A stretch of 64,000 nt of DNA from Rickettsiales bacterium (GCA_965233535.1 OZ247489.1:254566-318565), one strand, 5' to 3'. Counted from the stretch's first letter, positions 30,608 through 40,804 are shown. Numbers and translations: made by a program. The notes: generated by a model from the letters alone, not told the origin.

Positions 30608-32511
30608 TCAATCACCTAACATATCAGCTTCGCGCTCATCCTCTATTTCTATTTGAACTTCTTCTTTTGGTTGAGGATTAGGCTTTCTTTCTAAGATAGT
30701 TGAGTGAATGAAAATTGCTGAATCTTTGCCTCGTAACTCAAACATTGTATACTTAATAGCCTTTCTAATAACGCTAGAAAGCTTCTTTTGTATTTTTCTA
30801 TCTTCTGTGCTTAATGCAATAATAGCTGCTCTAATTTTCTCTTTTACCTTATCTCTTAATATGTCATCTTGCTCACAAATTCCTGAGAAAGTTGTAATTA
30901 ATCTGAAATATCCTTTTCCTCCAATTAATATGCTTACAAAAATACATCCATTTTCAAGCCATAATCTTTCGCTTATTGTCTTTCCATCATAAGGAACAAT
31001 TGCTTTTCCATCTAATACAGACTTAGAAACAGGAATGCTGCTTACAACTTTCATTTTAGAATTATCAATATGAAGAATATCTCCATTTTTAATAACTGAT
31101 GCTTTTACTCCCAATTCTTCAGCTAGTTCAGCGTGTGCATTTTGTTGCAATCTTTCTCCATGTACAGGGATTGTAAATCTTGGTTTCAGTAATTTGTACA
31201 ATTCTTTCAAATCGCCTCTTCCTGGGTGACCAGATGCATGAATAGGGCTTTCTTCTGAGTAAGTAATGACTTTAATGTTGTTTCTTGCGAAACTGTTAAG
31301 CATTTTTGAAACTTCTTTTTCTCTACCAATGATAGTTTTAGCAGCAACAAGAACTGTATCATTTGGATCTAATTTAATTCTTGGGTGATCATGCTCTGAC
31401 ATTCTTTGCAAACCAGAATTTGGCTCTCCTTGAGATCCAGTGCAAATGAATAATACTTTGTCTTTATCTGCCTTACTTCCTTCTTCTTCAGTCAGAAATT
31501 CTGGCAAATTGGCAAAATATCCATGTTCAAATGCAGCTTCTTTGATCTTGTGAATTGATCTTCCAACCAAAGCAACTTTTCTACCATGTTTTTGTGCTAA
31601 TCTTGCACATGAATCAATTCTTGATACGTTTGATGAAAAACATCCAATAACAATACGATTTCCTTTAATAGTTGATAAAATCTTACTAATAGATTCTTTA
31701 ACAGCTTCTTCAGACACAGTTTCTGCATTTGTCATTGCGTTTGTAGAGTCACAAACTGTTGCCAATATTCCGTCATTTGCAGCAGATTCAAGAGATTTGT
31801 AATCAGTTGGATCTCCAGTTACAGGTGTTTTGTCAAACTTCCAATCTCCTGTATGCATAATATTACCTAGAGGAGTTTTGATATAAACCATTGAGCTCTC
31901 AGGAATAGAGTGAGTAACGTTAATTAACTTGATTTTAAATGGATCAAGATTGAATGTTTCACCAATTTTTACAGTTTTGATAGTTCCTTTTACATTGTTA
32001 TCTACTAATTTCTTTTTGATTAAAGTAGATGTGAAAGGTCTGCGTAAACTGGAATGTTCAACTTTTCAATTAGGTAAGGAATAGCTCCGATATGATCTTC
32101 ATGTCCATGAGTGATCACAAGTCCCAACACGTCTTTTTTGTCTAACTGTTGAATGAATTTGATGTCTGGCAATGTTATGTTTGTACCAGGCAAATCTTCA
32201 AAGCTCATTCCTAAATCAACTAAAATCCATTTTCCATTGCAATGGTATAGGTTTAAGTTTAATCCGAATTCTCCTGCTCCACCTAAAGGTAGAAAGTATA
32301 GAGATTTTCTATCCATATTTAATGGAATATCCTCAATGTTTAGAGGTTTTTCAATTTTTTTAACAAACCTTCTGTTATGTTGAGGCCTGTTATTAGATCT
32401 CGGCCTATCGTTTGATTTTGATCTATCATTTGATCGTGGTCTATCATTTGATTTGTTATTAGGTCCACTTGTGTTAGGTCCTTTGTTTTTGTCAATGTTA
32501 ACTCTGTTCAT
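30608..32511 (-). pseudogene. rnj: Ribonuclease J split by a single-base deletion near 32040 (or an assembly error)
   Basis: 5' part has PLGG.GE.GLN and THGHEDHIG; 3' part has THSIPE, HTGDWK, GSQGEP, HASGH, PVHGE; adding one base restores PVYA-R-PFT. Confidence 0.85.
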
Positions 32512-32512
32512 G

Positions 32513-33829
32513 TTAACTCCTTTTCTCTTTCATAAGATTTATATCAACGTTTAATAACCTTAATCTTTCGACGATATTTTCATACCCTCTCTGAATTAAA
32601 TTGATATTTCCAATTTTGGAAGTTCCTTTAGATATGCATGCTGCAATAAGATATGTGATTCCAGATCTTAAATTTTCTGCTTTAATAATTTCTTTTGGAG
32701 CAGTTAACTTAGTTTTCCCACAAATAAATGCACTATGATAATGATTTTTGTCTGAAAATTGACATGGATTACCAACACATTCTCTTGCAACATCGCTTTT
32801 TACACCAAACGCAGTAAGAGATTTTAAATGTGATAATCGATCTTCAAACAAAGTCTCATGAATTGAACTGATACCAGTTGCTTGTGACATCATAAGAGAT
32901 AACATTGGTTGATAGTCAGTTGAAAATGCAGGGTAGGGGCCAGATTCTACTGTGATGCTTTGTAGTTCTGTTTTTTTGAAAAACTTTACTCCATCATCTG
33001 TAGCTTCAAAACCTCCACCCATTCTTTGAAATGCTCCTAAGAACGTGCTCATTTGCTTTAAATCTACATCTTCAAGATGTATTAAACCATCACTGCATGC
33101 AGCGAGAACAGCCCAAGAAGCAGCTTCAATTCGATCATTAGTTATCCGAAATCGTGTTCCGGATAATTTCTCAACACCTTCAACTAAAACCTTATCTTGG
33201 CCAATCCATTGTATTTTTGCTCCCATTTGCTGAAGCATTAATATTAGAGAGGTGATCTCTGGTTCAATTGCAATGTTTTCTAAAAACGACATTCCATCAG
33301 CTAAAACAGAAAGCAATAATGCAAACTCTGTCGCGCCTACTGACGGAAACGGAAGTTGAATCTTTTGCCCTTTGATTTTGCATGATTTGCTCGCTATATA
33401 GTGATCTTTTTCTTGCTCAATCTTTATGCCAAACTGCTTCAATATTTCATGATGAAAATTAGTTGATCTTGGTCCAAATTGACATCCATCTAAAGTTGGT
33501 ACAGAAACATGGTCACTTCGGTGAATAAGTACTGCTAGCAAAAGAATTGGAATTCTCCCATATGTAGAATTTCCTTCTTGCTTAATAGTAAAATTATTTA
33601 CTGTAGGTGTAATTGTTAATGTATTCTTTTCTGCATGTAATTTAGCGCCAACACTTTCTAAAAGCGATTTCGACACTTCTACATCCCCAATGTTAGGGAC
33701 ATTATCTAAAATAGAAACTTCATCAGATAGTAAAGCAGCAATCATTACTTTAGTAGACAGATTCTTTGCGCCTCCGCACTTTATCTTGCCTGTAAAATTA
33801 TAACCGCCCTTTACTTGATAAAAATCCAC
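32513..33829 (-). CDS. murA: UDP-N-acetylglucosamine 1-carboxyvinyltransferase (divergent type)
   Basis: GAKN, GCQFGPR (catalytic Cys), PSVGAT, EPEI, DRIEA, PAFSTD, RGYE. Confidence 0.9.
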   Translation of the reverse strand: MDFYQVKGGYNFTGKIKCGGAKNLSTKVMIAALLSDEVSILDNVPNIGDVEVSKSLLESVGAKLHAEKNTLTITPTVNNFTIKQEGNSTYGRIPILLLAVLIHRSDHVSVPTLDGCQFGPRSTNFHHEILKQFGIKIEQEKDHYIASKSCKIKGQKIQLPFPSVGATEFALLLSVLADGMSFLENIAIEPEITSLILMLQQMGAKIQWIGQDKVLVEGVEKLSGTRFRITNDRIEAASWAVLAACSDGLIHLEDVDLKQMSTFLGAFQRMGGGFEATDDGVKFFKKTELQSITVESGPYPAFSTDYQPMLSLMMSQATGISSIHETLFEDRLSHLKSLTAFGVKSDVARECVGNPCQFSDKNHYHSAFICGKTKLTAPKEIIKAENLRSGITYLIAACISKGTSKIGNINLIQRGYENIVERLRLLNVDINLMKEKRS

Positions 33830-33875
33830 GCACTATCGTACTACAAAATTAAACTTTTTAGTATAAGATATAGGT

Positions 33876-34403
33876 ATGTTTTGCAAAATTAGAAAACTTT
33901 TTATAACATTTATTATAATTAGCTTGATTGGATTTGTTTTTTATCAAAAAAACTCTGTTCATACTTTGAGTAATGGAGATAGCGAAATATCTACGACAAT
34001 TAGCAAGCCCAGTATTTTATTGTTTGTTGATATTTCTAAATCAGGATCAGTTCTTTCTCAAGAAACAATGGTAGCATTTTATTATGTAGCAAAAGCGAAT
34101 GAAATGTTTAAAAATTATGGTGTTTATTCTGCTATAGTAGCAAATGCAGCAACAGACGCGAATGCAGAAGAAGTTGTTAAAAATTTGAATTATTTGAAAC
34201 GTCATTATAAAATTGAAATTGATGTGTTTGTAGATAAAAATAATAAATTTGCTAAAAAAATTAGCACAAAAGGTGTGAATAGCGTTGTTTTGATGAAAAA
34301 TAACAAAGTCACTTATGATACCAATGATCTGAAAATAAGATGGTTTGATATAGATGGGATGAAACTTGTTTCAAAATATTTAGGAATATCGATTGGTTTA
34401 TAG
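33876..34403 (+). CDS. Membrane-anchored thioredoxin-like (TlpA/ResA-like) protein lacking CxxC
   Basis: N-terminal TM; KPSILLF...; VFVDKNNKFAKKI...GVNSVVLM pattern. Confidence 0.45.
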   Translation: MFCKIRKLFITFIIISLIGFVFYQKNSVHTLSNGDSEISTTISKPSILLFVDISKSGSVLSQETMVAFYYVAKANEMFKNYGVYSAIVANAATDANAEEVVKNLNYLKRHYKIEIDVFVDKNNKFAKKISTKGVNSVVLMKNNKVTYDTNDLKIRWFDIDGMKLVSKYLGISIGL

Positions 34404-35099
34404 GTGAAAAAAATAGCTCATGAAATATCTTCTCGTGGATTTTGCAGTAGACGTGATGCTGAGAAAATTGTTTTACAACGAAGAGTAAAAGTTGATGGAC
34501 TCACAGTGTTATCTTGCGCAGAACGTGTGGATGCTGATTCATCTATTATAATTGATGGAAAAAGTATAAATGCTGTATCTCCAAAAATATTTTTATTACA
34601 TAAACCTGTGAAATACCTTACAAGTCATAAATCACAAAAAGGATATAAAACTGTTTTTGATCTTATAAAGTTTGATGAACATCTTACATATATTGGAAGA
34701 CTTGATTACATGTCAGAAGGCTTAGTAATTTTAACAAATACACCTTCTTTGGTTTCTAAATTATCTGAATCAAATTTTAAGCGTAGATATGAAGTTCAAG
34801 TGGATAGAATTGAAGACAGCTTTGTAGAAGAGCTTGAAAATCCAGTTTTGTTTGACTGTGATCTCTTACCTATCAAATTAATATCTGCATACAGAATCGA
34901 AGATGGTTTTCAAATGACATTAGAGTTAAGTGAGGGTAAAAATAGAGAAATCAGAAGGCTATGTGATAAACATTATATGTCAGTTTTGCAATTGAAAAAA
35001 ATACAACATGGGCCATTTAAACTTTTAAATTTACGTCCTAAATGCATTAGAGAAGTAGATTGGGATGGTGATCTTGAAAGTTTGTATAAATCAATATAG
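34404..35099 (+). CDS. RsuA/RluB-family pseudouridine synthase
   Basis: S4 domain CSRRDAE, HKP, GRLDYMSEGL, EGKNREIRR. Confidence 0.93.
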   Translation: MKKIAHEISSRGFCSRRDAEKIVLQRRVKVDGLTVLSCAERVDADSSIIIDGKSINAVSPKIFLLHKPVKYLTSHKSQKGYKTVFDLIKFDEHLTYIGRLDYMSEGLVILTNTPSLVSKLSESNFKRRYEVQVDRIEDSFVEELENPVLFDCDLLPIKLISAYRIEDGFQMTLELSEGKNREIRRLCDKHYMSVLQLKKIQHGPFKLLNLRPKCIREVDWDGDLESLYKSI

Positions 35100-35151
35100 C
35101 AATGCTTAGCTTTGACTTAGGCATATACTTTAATATGAAGGTTAGGTAAAA

Positions 35152-35631
35152 ATGAACAAAAACATTTTTTATATTTTTATATGCGTTGCTTTGATGAATA
35201 GCACTGAGTCTGTAGGCGATGCAATAATATTAGAGAGCGAAACATTGCTTGAAATCGCTGATGAAAAAGTAGCAGAACAAGAAATGATGGCTTTGAAAGT
35301 GCAATTTGAATCTGACTTTGAAAAAGCACAAACAGAAGGTTTTGCAGAATTTAAAGAAAGTATAGAACATTTCAAAGTAGGCAGTGATATAAAAGAATTT
35401 ACAGATAAAGTTAACGAATTTGGGAAAAATATCGAAAAATCACTGGAAGATAGACTTAATGAATTTAGTGAAGTACTTGAGTCAGCAGGTAAGAAATTTT
35501 ACGCAAATAAAGCAAAAGCTTGGAGAGAAGAAGCAAAAAGTTTAGAAGAGAAGCTAAAACAGTCTCAGCTTAAGTGCGAGTATATTCAAGGATATCATGA
35601 TTCTTTAGCACGTTTGATCAATCAAGCCTAG
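35152..35631 (+). CDS. Secreted helical orphan protein, family B, copy 1
   Basis: Signal MNKNIFYIFICVALMNSTES shared with the next gene; acidic amphipathic helices. Confidence 0.75.
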   Translation: MNKNIFYIFICVALMNSTESVGDAIILESETLLEIADEKVAEQEMMALKVQFESDFEKAQTEGFAEFKESIEHFKVGSDIKEFTDKVNEFGKNIEKSLEDRLNEFSEVLESAGKKFYANKAKAWREEAKSLEEKLKQSQLKCEYIQGYHDSLARLINQA

Positions 35632-35760
35632 GAGAAAACAATTAGGCTTGTTTCACAAATCAAAATTTAGACTTAGAGATTTGAATAAAACAAAACTTAA
35701 TTTCATTTTATTTTTACTTAAAGTTAATTCTCAAAGTATAAGATTGCTTTAGGAGGATAA

Positions 35761-37563
35761 ATGAATAAAAACATTTTTCTTATTTTTATATGTACAGTTT
35801 TAATGAACAAGACTGAATCTAAAATAATCAGACCATCAGGATCAAGTAGTGGAAACAATTCTAGCAGTAGTTCTGATTCTGATAGATTAGCAAGGGAGCG
35901 TGCTGAACAAGCAAGGTTAGCTCAAGAGAGAGCAGCTAGGTTAGCAAGAGAAGCAAGAGAAAAAGTTCAAAGAGAACAAGCAGAAGCTGATGCAGCAAAA
36001 GAAAGAGCTCAAAGAGAACAAGTTGAAGCTGATAGAGCGAAATTAGCTCAAGCGGAAGTTGATAGAGTAGCAAAAGAGCAAGCGGAAGCAAGGAAGCAAG
36101 CTGTCGCAAAAGAACAAGCAGAAGCTGATGCAGCAAAAGAAAAAGCTCAAAGAGAACAAGCTGAAGCTGATAGAGCGAAATTAGCTCAAGCTCATGCTGA
36201 TAGAGTTGCAAGGGAGCAAGCGGAAGCAAGGAAGCAAGCTGTCGCAAAAGAACAAGCAGAAGCTGATGCAGCAAGAGAGCAAGCTTTAAGAGAGCAAGCG
36301 GAAGCTGATAGGGTAAAAGAGCAAGCTAGAAAAGCACAAATCGAAGCTGACAAAGTATATAATGAAAAGAGAGAGAAAGCTTTGCAAGAACAAGCAGAGG
36401 CAGACAGAGCAAAAGAGAAAGCTAGAAAAGAGCAAATTGAAGCTGAACAAGCAAAATTAGCTCAAATTCGTGCAGATAACTTAGCAAGAGAGCGTGCTGA
36501 GCAAGCTGAACAACTTAGATTAGACAATATGCGAAGTCAAGAAGAGCGTATAGCACGATACAAGATTGAATTAGAAATGCAAGCAAAAGTGAGGCAAGAA
36601 GAACAAGCAAGAGCAGATAAATTAGCAGCTGAGCAAGCAGCAGCACAAGCTAAAAAAGATAATAGTTGGTCAGGTATGTTTAAGTCTGGAGCTCAAAAAG
36701 CTTACGCACTTGCTACTTCACCCGAAGGTAAAGCAGCTTATGCATACGCAAACTCACCAGAAGGTAGAGAAAATATAAGTACAGCAGCTGGATATGCAAA
36801 AGCAGGTGCAGGACATGCTGCAAGTGCTGCCAAGACTGGTGCTGGATATACTTCAAGCGCAGTAAAAGCAGGAGCTGGATATGTTAAAGGAAGTAGTAGT
36901 TCCTCTAAACAATCAGGCAGTAATTCATCTTACTCTAATGTTTCCCAATCTGATTCAGATGATGGATGGGTTAATGTAACAAATAAAAAACCACTAACAA
37001 AGGGTAATTTAGACTTATTGCAAGATGATATTTCTAATGATCACAGATCATCACGCTCATCATCAGGAGTTTATGTTTCAAGACCTGCATCATCAAGTTC
37101 AAGATCAGTTGCTGCACCTAAGGCAAAATCAATAGCCTCCTCTTCAGGTTTTAAGTCATTTCCAGAGTCTGTAAAATCAATGCAATCAGTAAAATCAACT
37201 GTTTCAGCAGCATCAACTGCTTCTACACCATCTAGAGCAGCATCAGCGGCATCAGCAGGTTCAGGTGTGTCTACAACAAAGTCAAAAGGAATGCTTTCAG
37301 CAGACATAATAAAAATGGCTGATAGAATGTATCCTGGTACTAAATCAAAATATACTGCATCAACATCATCATCAGGAGTTAATGTAGTAAAGAAAGCAGT
37401 ATCTGAGAAGCCTAATGCATCAAAAGTTGCACAACCGAAATCTGCATCAGATCTTGTTCATGTGAGCAAGCAAGGAGAGGCAAGTCAATCAAATAGTGGT
37501 ATGTTTAATTCAGCTAAAAATGCAGCTACAAATATGTTTAGTGGAATTAAGAAATTTTGGTAA
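35761..37563 (+). CDS. Secreted coiled-coil/Ser-rich orphan protein, family B, copy 2
   Basis: Signal MNKNIFLIFICTVLMNKTES, SD AGGAGG; EQAEA helical repeats, then a Ser/Ala-rich tail. Confidence 0.85.
   Translation: MNKNIFLIFICTVLMNKTESKIIRPSGSSSGNNSSSSSDSDRLARERAEQARLAQERAARLAREAREKVQREQAEADAAKERAQREQVEADRAKLAQAEVDRVAKEQAEARKQAVAKEQAEADAAKEKAQREQAEADRAKLAQAHADRVAREQAEARKQAVAKEQAEADAAREQALREQAEADRVKEQARKAQIEADKVYNEKREKALQEQAEADRAKEKARKEQIEAEQAKLAQIRADNLARERAEQAEQLRLDNMRSQEERIARYKIELEMQAKVRQEEQARADKLAAEQAAAQAKKDNSWSGMFKSGAQKAYALATSPEGKAAYAYANSPEGRENISTAAGYAKAGAGHAASAAKTGAGYTSSAVKAGAGYVKGSSSSSKQSGSNSSYSNVSQSDSDDGWVNVTNKKPLTKGNLDLLQDDISNDHRSSRSSSGVYVSRPASSSSRSVAAPKAKSIASSSGFKSFPESVKSMQSVKSTVSAASTASTPSRAASAASAGSGVSTTKSKGMLSADIIKMADRMYPGTKSKYTASTSSSGVNVVKKAVSEKPNASKVAQPKSASDLVHVSKQGEASQSNSGMFNSAKNAATNMFSGIKKFW
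35974..36273 (+). repeat. 138-bp (46-aa) intragenic tandem repeat, ~2.2 copies
   Basis: gaacaagcagaagctgatgcagca starts at 35974, 36112 and 36250. Confidence 0.9.
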
Positions 37564-37704
37564 TAAAGCAAAATTGAAAAACATTGAATTGTAAAATATA
37601 TTAATTAACTCATAACTCAAAAGATCAATTCATTTAAAAGCAAAAACAATCAAAATAAATGTCACACTAAAAATACCTATAATAAAAAAACAAGAAATGT
37701 AATA

Positions 37705-38772
37705 TTAATCATTAAATTCATATTTTACTTCTCGTGAGAATTGAGCTTCTTTAGAAGCAAGAAAGATTCCAGAGATAGTCCAGAATGAAATCATCAGAGA
37801 GGTTCCACCGTGACTAATAAAAGGTAGGGTGATTCCTTTAGTTGGGATAATCCATAATGCAGAAGCAATATTAATCCATGCTTGAATTAAGATCATGCTC
37901 ATGCAACTTATATTTATGTAATAAGCTAATTGATTTTGAAGTTTATGGTTGTTTTTGAAAGACTTATATCCCATAAAAATGAATATCAAAATAAGGTATA
38001 CAGATCCTATTAATCCAAGCTCTTCTCCAATAACTGAAAAAATGAAATCAGAATATGCATCTGGAAGGTAGTTTTTTACTACTCCTTTTCCGATTCCCAA
38101 TCCAAACATTCCACCAGACTTAATTGTTTGTACTGATGTAAATCCTTGATATCCTCCTTCTAAGATTGATTGATTCCCAGTGATAAAGTTGAAAATTCTT
38201 GACCTTACATGAGGTAAAAATTTAATTGCAAATACAGCAAATATCATTGAAATTACACCTAATAAAATCAATCCTCTTAATCTCGTGTTAGAAATAAATA
38301 GTTGTATCATCATTATAGAAAGCAAAAGAAGGATTGAACCAAAGTCAGGTTGTTTAATTAAAAGTAATATATCCACAAGGTATATAAGAAAAAATATGAG
38401 GTAATTTTCTTTGTATATATAATATGAAGTCAAGATGATTGATGAGCTTTTAAGCAATTCTGATGGTTGTAATGACATTCCAAAAATTAAAATCCAGCGT
38501 CTTGATCCTTTAATAGCTCCACTTTTTATATATGTAGCGATAATTAGTGCAATTGCTATCACAAATAATATTTTAGAAATTTTAAGAAACACATCATAAT
38601 TTTGAGAGTGCATATATATTATTAATGCAATCCCGAAAAACCATATAAAAATATGTCGAAAAATAGATGCAGGAACATATGCCGCCATGCAAAATGAGCT
38701 AATTAGGAAAAAACTACCTAAGCAAAATAATAAAGTTTTATCTATATATGTAAGTGATCTACTAATATACAT
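37705..38772 (-). CDS. ftsW: SEDS peptidoglycan polymerase, probably FtsW
   Basis: GSRRWI, LQPSE, QPDFG, LPDAYSDFIF, PTKGITLPFISHGGTS. Confidence 0.88.
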   Translation of the reverse strand: MYISRSLTYIDKTLLFCLGSFFLISSFCMAAYVPASIFRHIFIWFFGIALIIYMHSQNYDVFLKISKILFVIAIALIIATYIKSGAIKGSRRWILIFGMSLQPSELLKSSSIILTSYYIYKENYLIFFLIYLVDILLLIKQPDFGSILLLLSIMMIQLFISNTRLRGLILLGVISMIFAVFAIKFLPHVRSRIFNFITGNQSILEGGYQGFTSVQTIKSGGMFGLGIGKGVVKNYLPDAYSDFIFSVIGEELGLIGSVYLILIFIFMGYKSFKNNHKLQNQLAYYINISCMSMILIQAWINIASALWIIPTKGITLPFISHGGTSLMISFWTISGIFLASKEAQFSREVKYEFND

Positions 38773-38868
38773 TGAATTATTCTAATATTTTTGTTGCTAA
38801 TCTACAAACACGAAATTCAGAAAGAAAACATTTGATTACTGTAATTCATCTTTTGTACAATTAGATGT

Positions 38869-40119
38869 ATGAGCGTTTCGCAAGAATTATTAAAACAAAT
38901 ATATATATCAGGGACACAGTTACTGAAAAAAAAGTTAAGTAAGTATGATTGGGATGTTAATTCACGTGATTCTCAAAAAATCCCTCAATGGGATTGGAGA
39001 ATTTGGCTTTTATTAGCGGGTAGAGGTTTTGGGAAAACTAGAACAGGTTCAGAAGCTATTAGATCTTTTGTAGATCAAGGGTATAAAAACATTTGCTTGC
39101 TTGGAAAAAATAAAGAAGAAGTTAGAAAAATCATGATAGAAGGGGAAAGTGGAATTCTTAGTGTTTATCCAGAACATGAAAAGCCACAATTTTACCCATC
39201 TCAAAATGTTTTAAAATGGAAAAATGGAGCTATAGCTCAAATACATAGTGCTGACTCTTATGAAAGCTTACGTGGTCCTCAATTTGATTTGGCTTGGGTT
39301 GATGAGTTAGCAAAGTTTAGTAATTTAAATGAAACTTGGGATCAACTTATGATGACTATGCGTCTTGGTATTCCGAAAATAATTGTTACTACAACTCCTA
39401 AGCCAATTCAAAAGCTGCATAATCTTATGTCTCGAAAAGATACCCACTGTACTAGAGGCAGTACGATGGAAAATGAAAAAAATCTTGCAAAAGAGTATGT
39501 GGATTATATCAATAATGAATATGCTCATACAGAATTTGGAAAGCAAGAAATATATGGAGAATTGCTTGATAAAGTTAGCATGTGGTCTCATAAAAACATT
39601 TCATATAAACAAATTGAATTAAGTAAATTATCTCAAATTATTATTGCAATAGATCCAGCTGTAACTAGTCATGAAAAAAGTGATGAGACTGGAATTATAG
39701 TATTGGGGAAAGCAGATAATGAAATTTTTATTTTAGAAGATAGAAGTGGTAAGTGGAAAATGTCTGATTTTTCTCGAATTTGTGTTGAATTGTGTAATAA
39801 ATATAAAACTAAAGAAGTTGTTGCAGAAATCAATCAAGGTGGAGATATGGTAGAGCAAATGATCAAAATGGAAGACTCAACGATACAATTTCATCCTGTT
39901 AGGTCTATGAACAATAAAGTTGTTCGAGCGCAGTCTGTTGTATGTTTTTACGATCAGAAGAAAGTATTTCATTACGAGAAGTTTGATATTTTGGAAGAGC
40001 AAATGAGTGCTTTTCCTTGTGTTGCTAAATCTCCAGATAGAGTTGATGCATTGGTTATTGGAGTGAATTACTTAAATAAACGTAAGAATGAAGTTGCTGG
40101 GTGGTTCTTAAATTTATAA
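38869..40119 (+). CDS. Terminase large subunit, gene-transfer-agent type
   Basis: Walker A AGRGFGKTR, LRGPQFD.AW.DELAK, RLG, TTTP; nuclease IDPAV/DETGI, E.NQGG, SPDRVDAL. Confidence 0.9.
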   Translation: MSVSQELLKQIYISGTQLLKKKLSKYDWDVNSRDSQKIPQWDWRIWLLLAGRGFGKTRTGSEAIRSFVDQGYKNICLLGKNKEEVRKIMIEGESGILSVYPEHEKPQFYPSQNVLKWKNGAIAQIHSADSYESLRGPQFDLAWVDELAKFSNLNETWDQLMMTMRLGIPKIIVTTTPKPIQKLHNLMSRKDTHCTRGSTMENEKNLAKEYVDYINNEYAHTEFGKQEIYGELLDKVSMWSHKNISYKQIELSKLSQIIIAIDPAVTSHEKSDETGIIVLGKADNEIFILEDRSGKWKMSDFSRICVELCNKYKTKEVVAEINQGGDMVEQMIKMEDSTIQFHPVRSMNNKVVRAQSVVCFYDQKKVFHYEKFDILEEQMSAFPCVAKSPDRVDALVIGVNYLNKRKNEVAGWFLNL

Positions 40120-40304
40120 GAAGTGAAAAAACAAATTAGAATTACAAATTACTGAAAGTAAAAATCATCCTAAAAAAGAAATAAGAAATTTGTTATTACA
40201 GTAAGTTATAATAAGCATGCAGTTGTATGATTGTAATGACATTATAGTCAAATTTTATTTACAGCGTTAATTGTGTTGTTATTTTTCTTATGTTAGAATC
40301 CGCC

Positions 40305-40760
40305 ATGGTAAAGTCTGTAAACATGGTTGTAATCATTGGAAATCTAGGTAAAGACCCTGAGATTAAAGATGCGCAACACGGTAAGATCGCGAAGTTTTCT
40401 GTAGCAACATCAGAAGAGTGGATGAATAAGGAGTCTGGCAAAAAGTTTTCAAGAACTGACTGGCATAGAGTAGCTGTTTTTAATCCTCAATTAGTGAAAA
40501 TAGTAGAGCAATACCTTAAAACAGGTAGTTTGGTGTACATCAGAGGACGTTTGCGCCCAACTTCTTGGACAGATGATATGGGTCAAAAAAGAACAACTGT
40601 TGAAGTTGAAATGATTGATTTAAAAATGTTTAGTCGTGGTGGTGAAAGCTCTGGAGAAGAAAGTTTTGGACCTACACAAGCGTCTTCATTTGAATCCTCA
40701 CAAGCATCTTCATTTGAGTCTTCAAGTGATGATGAAACAAACAACAATATCCCATTTTAA
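40305..40760 (+). CDS. ssb: Single-stranded DNA-binding protein
   Basis: SVN.V.IIGNLGKDPE, TDWHRV, C-terminal IPF. Confidence 0.96.
   Translation: MVKSVNMVVIIGNLGKDPEIKDAQHGKIAKFSVATSEEWMNKESGKKFSRTDWHRVAVFNPQLVKIVEQYLKTGSLVYIRGRLRPTSWTDDMGQKRTTVEVEMIDLKMFSRGGESSGEESFGPTQASSFESSQASSFESSSDDETNNNIPF
40675..40722 (+). repeat. 24-bp tandem duplication in the SSB linker (QASSFESS x2)
   Basis: cacaagcgtcttcatttgaatcct / cacaagcatcttcatttgagtctt. Confidence 0.85.
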
Positions 40761-40804
40761 ATTTAAATAAAATCATTTGAATGAATTAAGCAATTTTTTT
40801 ATAT

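Noticed and set aside
32030-32055. Programmed -1 frameshift in rnj
   Set aside because: There is no X-XXY-YYZ slippery heptamer or homopolymer at the junction.
35761-36660. TolA call for the EQAEA-rich protein
   Set aside because: The similarity is compositional only; there is no TolA C-terminal domain and no tolQR/tolB neighbours.
38869-40760. Prophage (terminase plus ssb)
   Set aside because: The ssb is the host gene in ssb-gyrA context, and there are no other phage genes or att sites.
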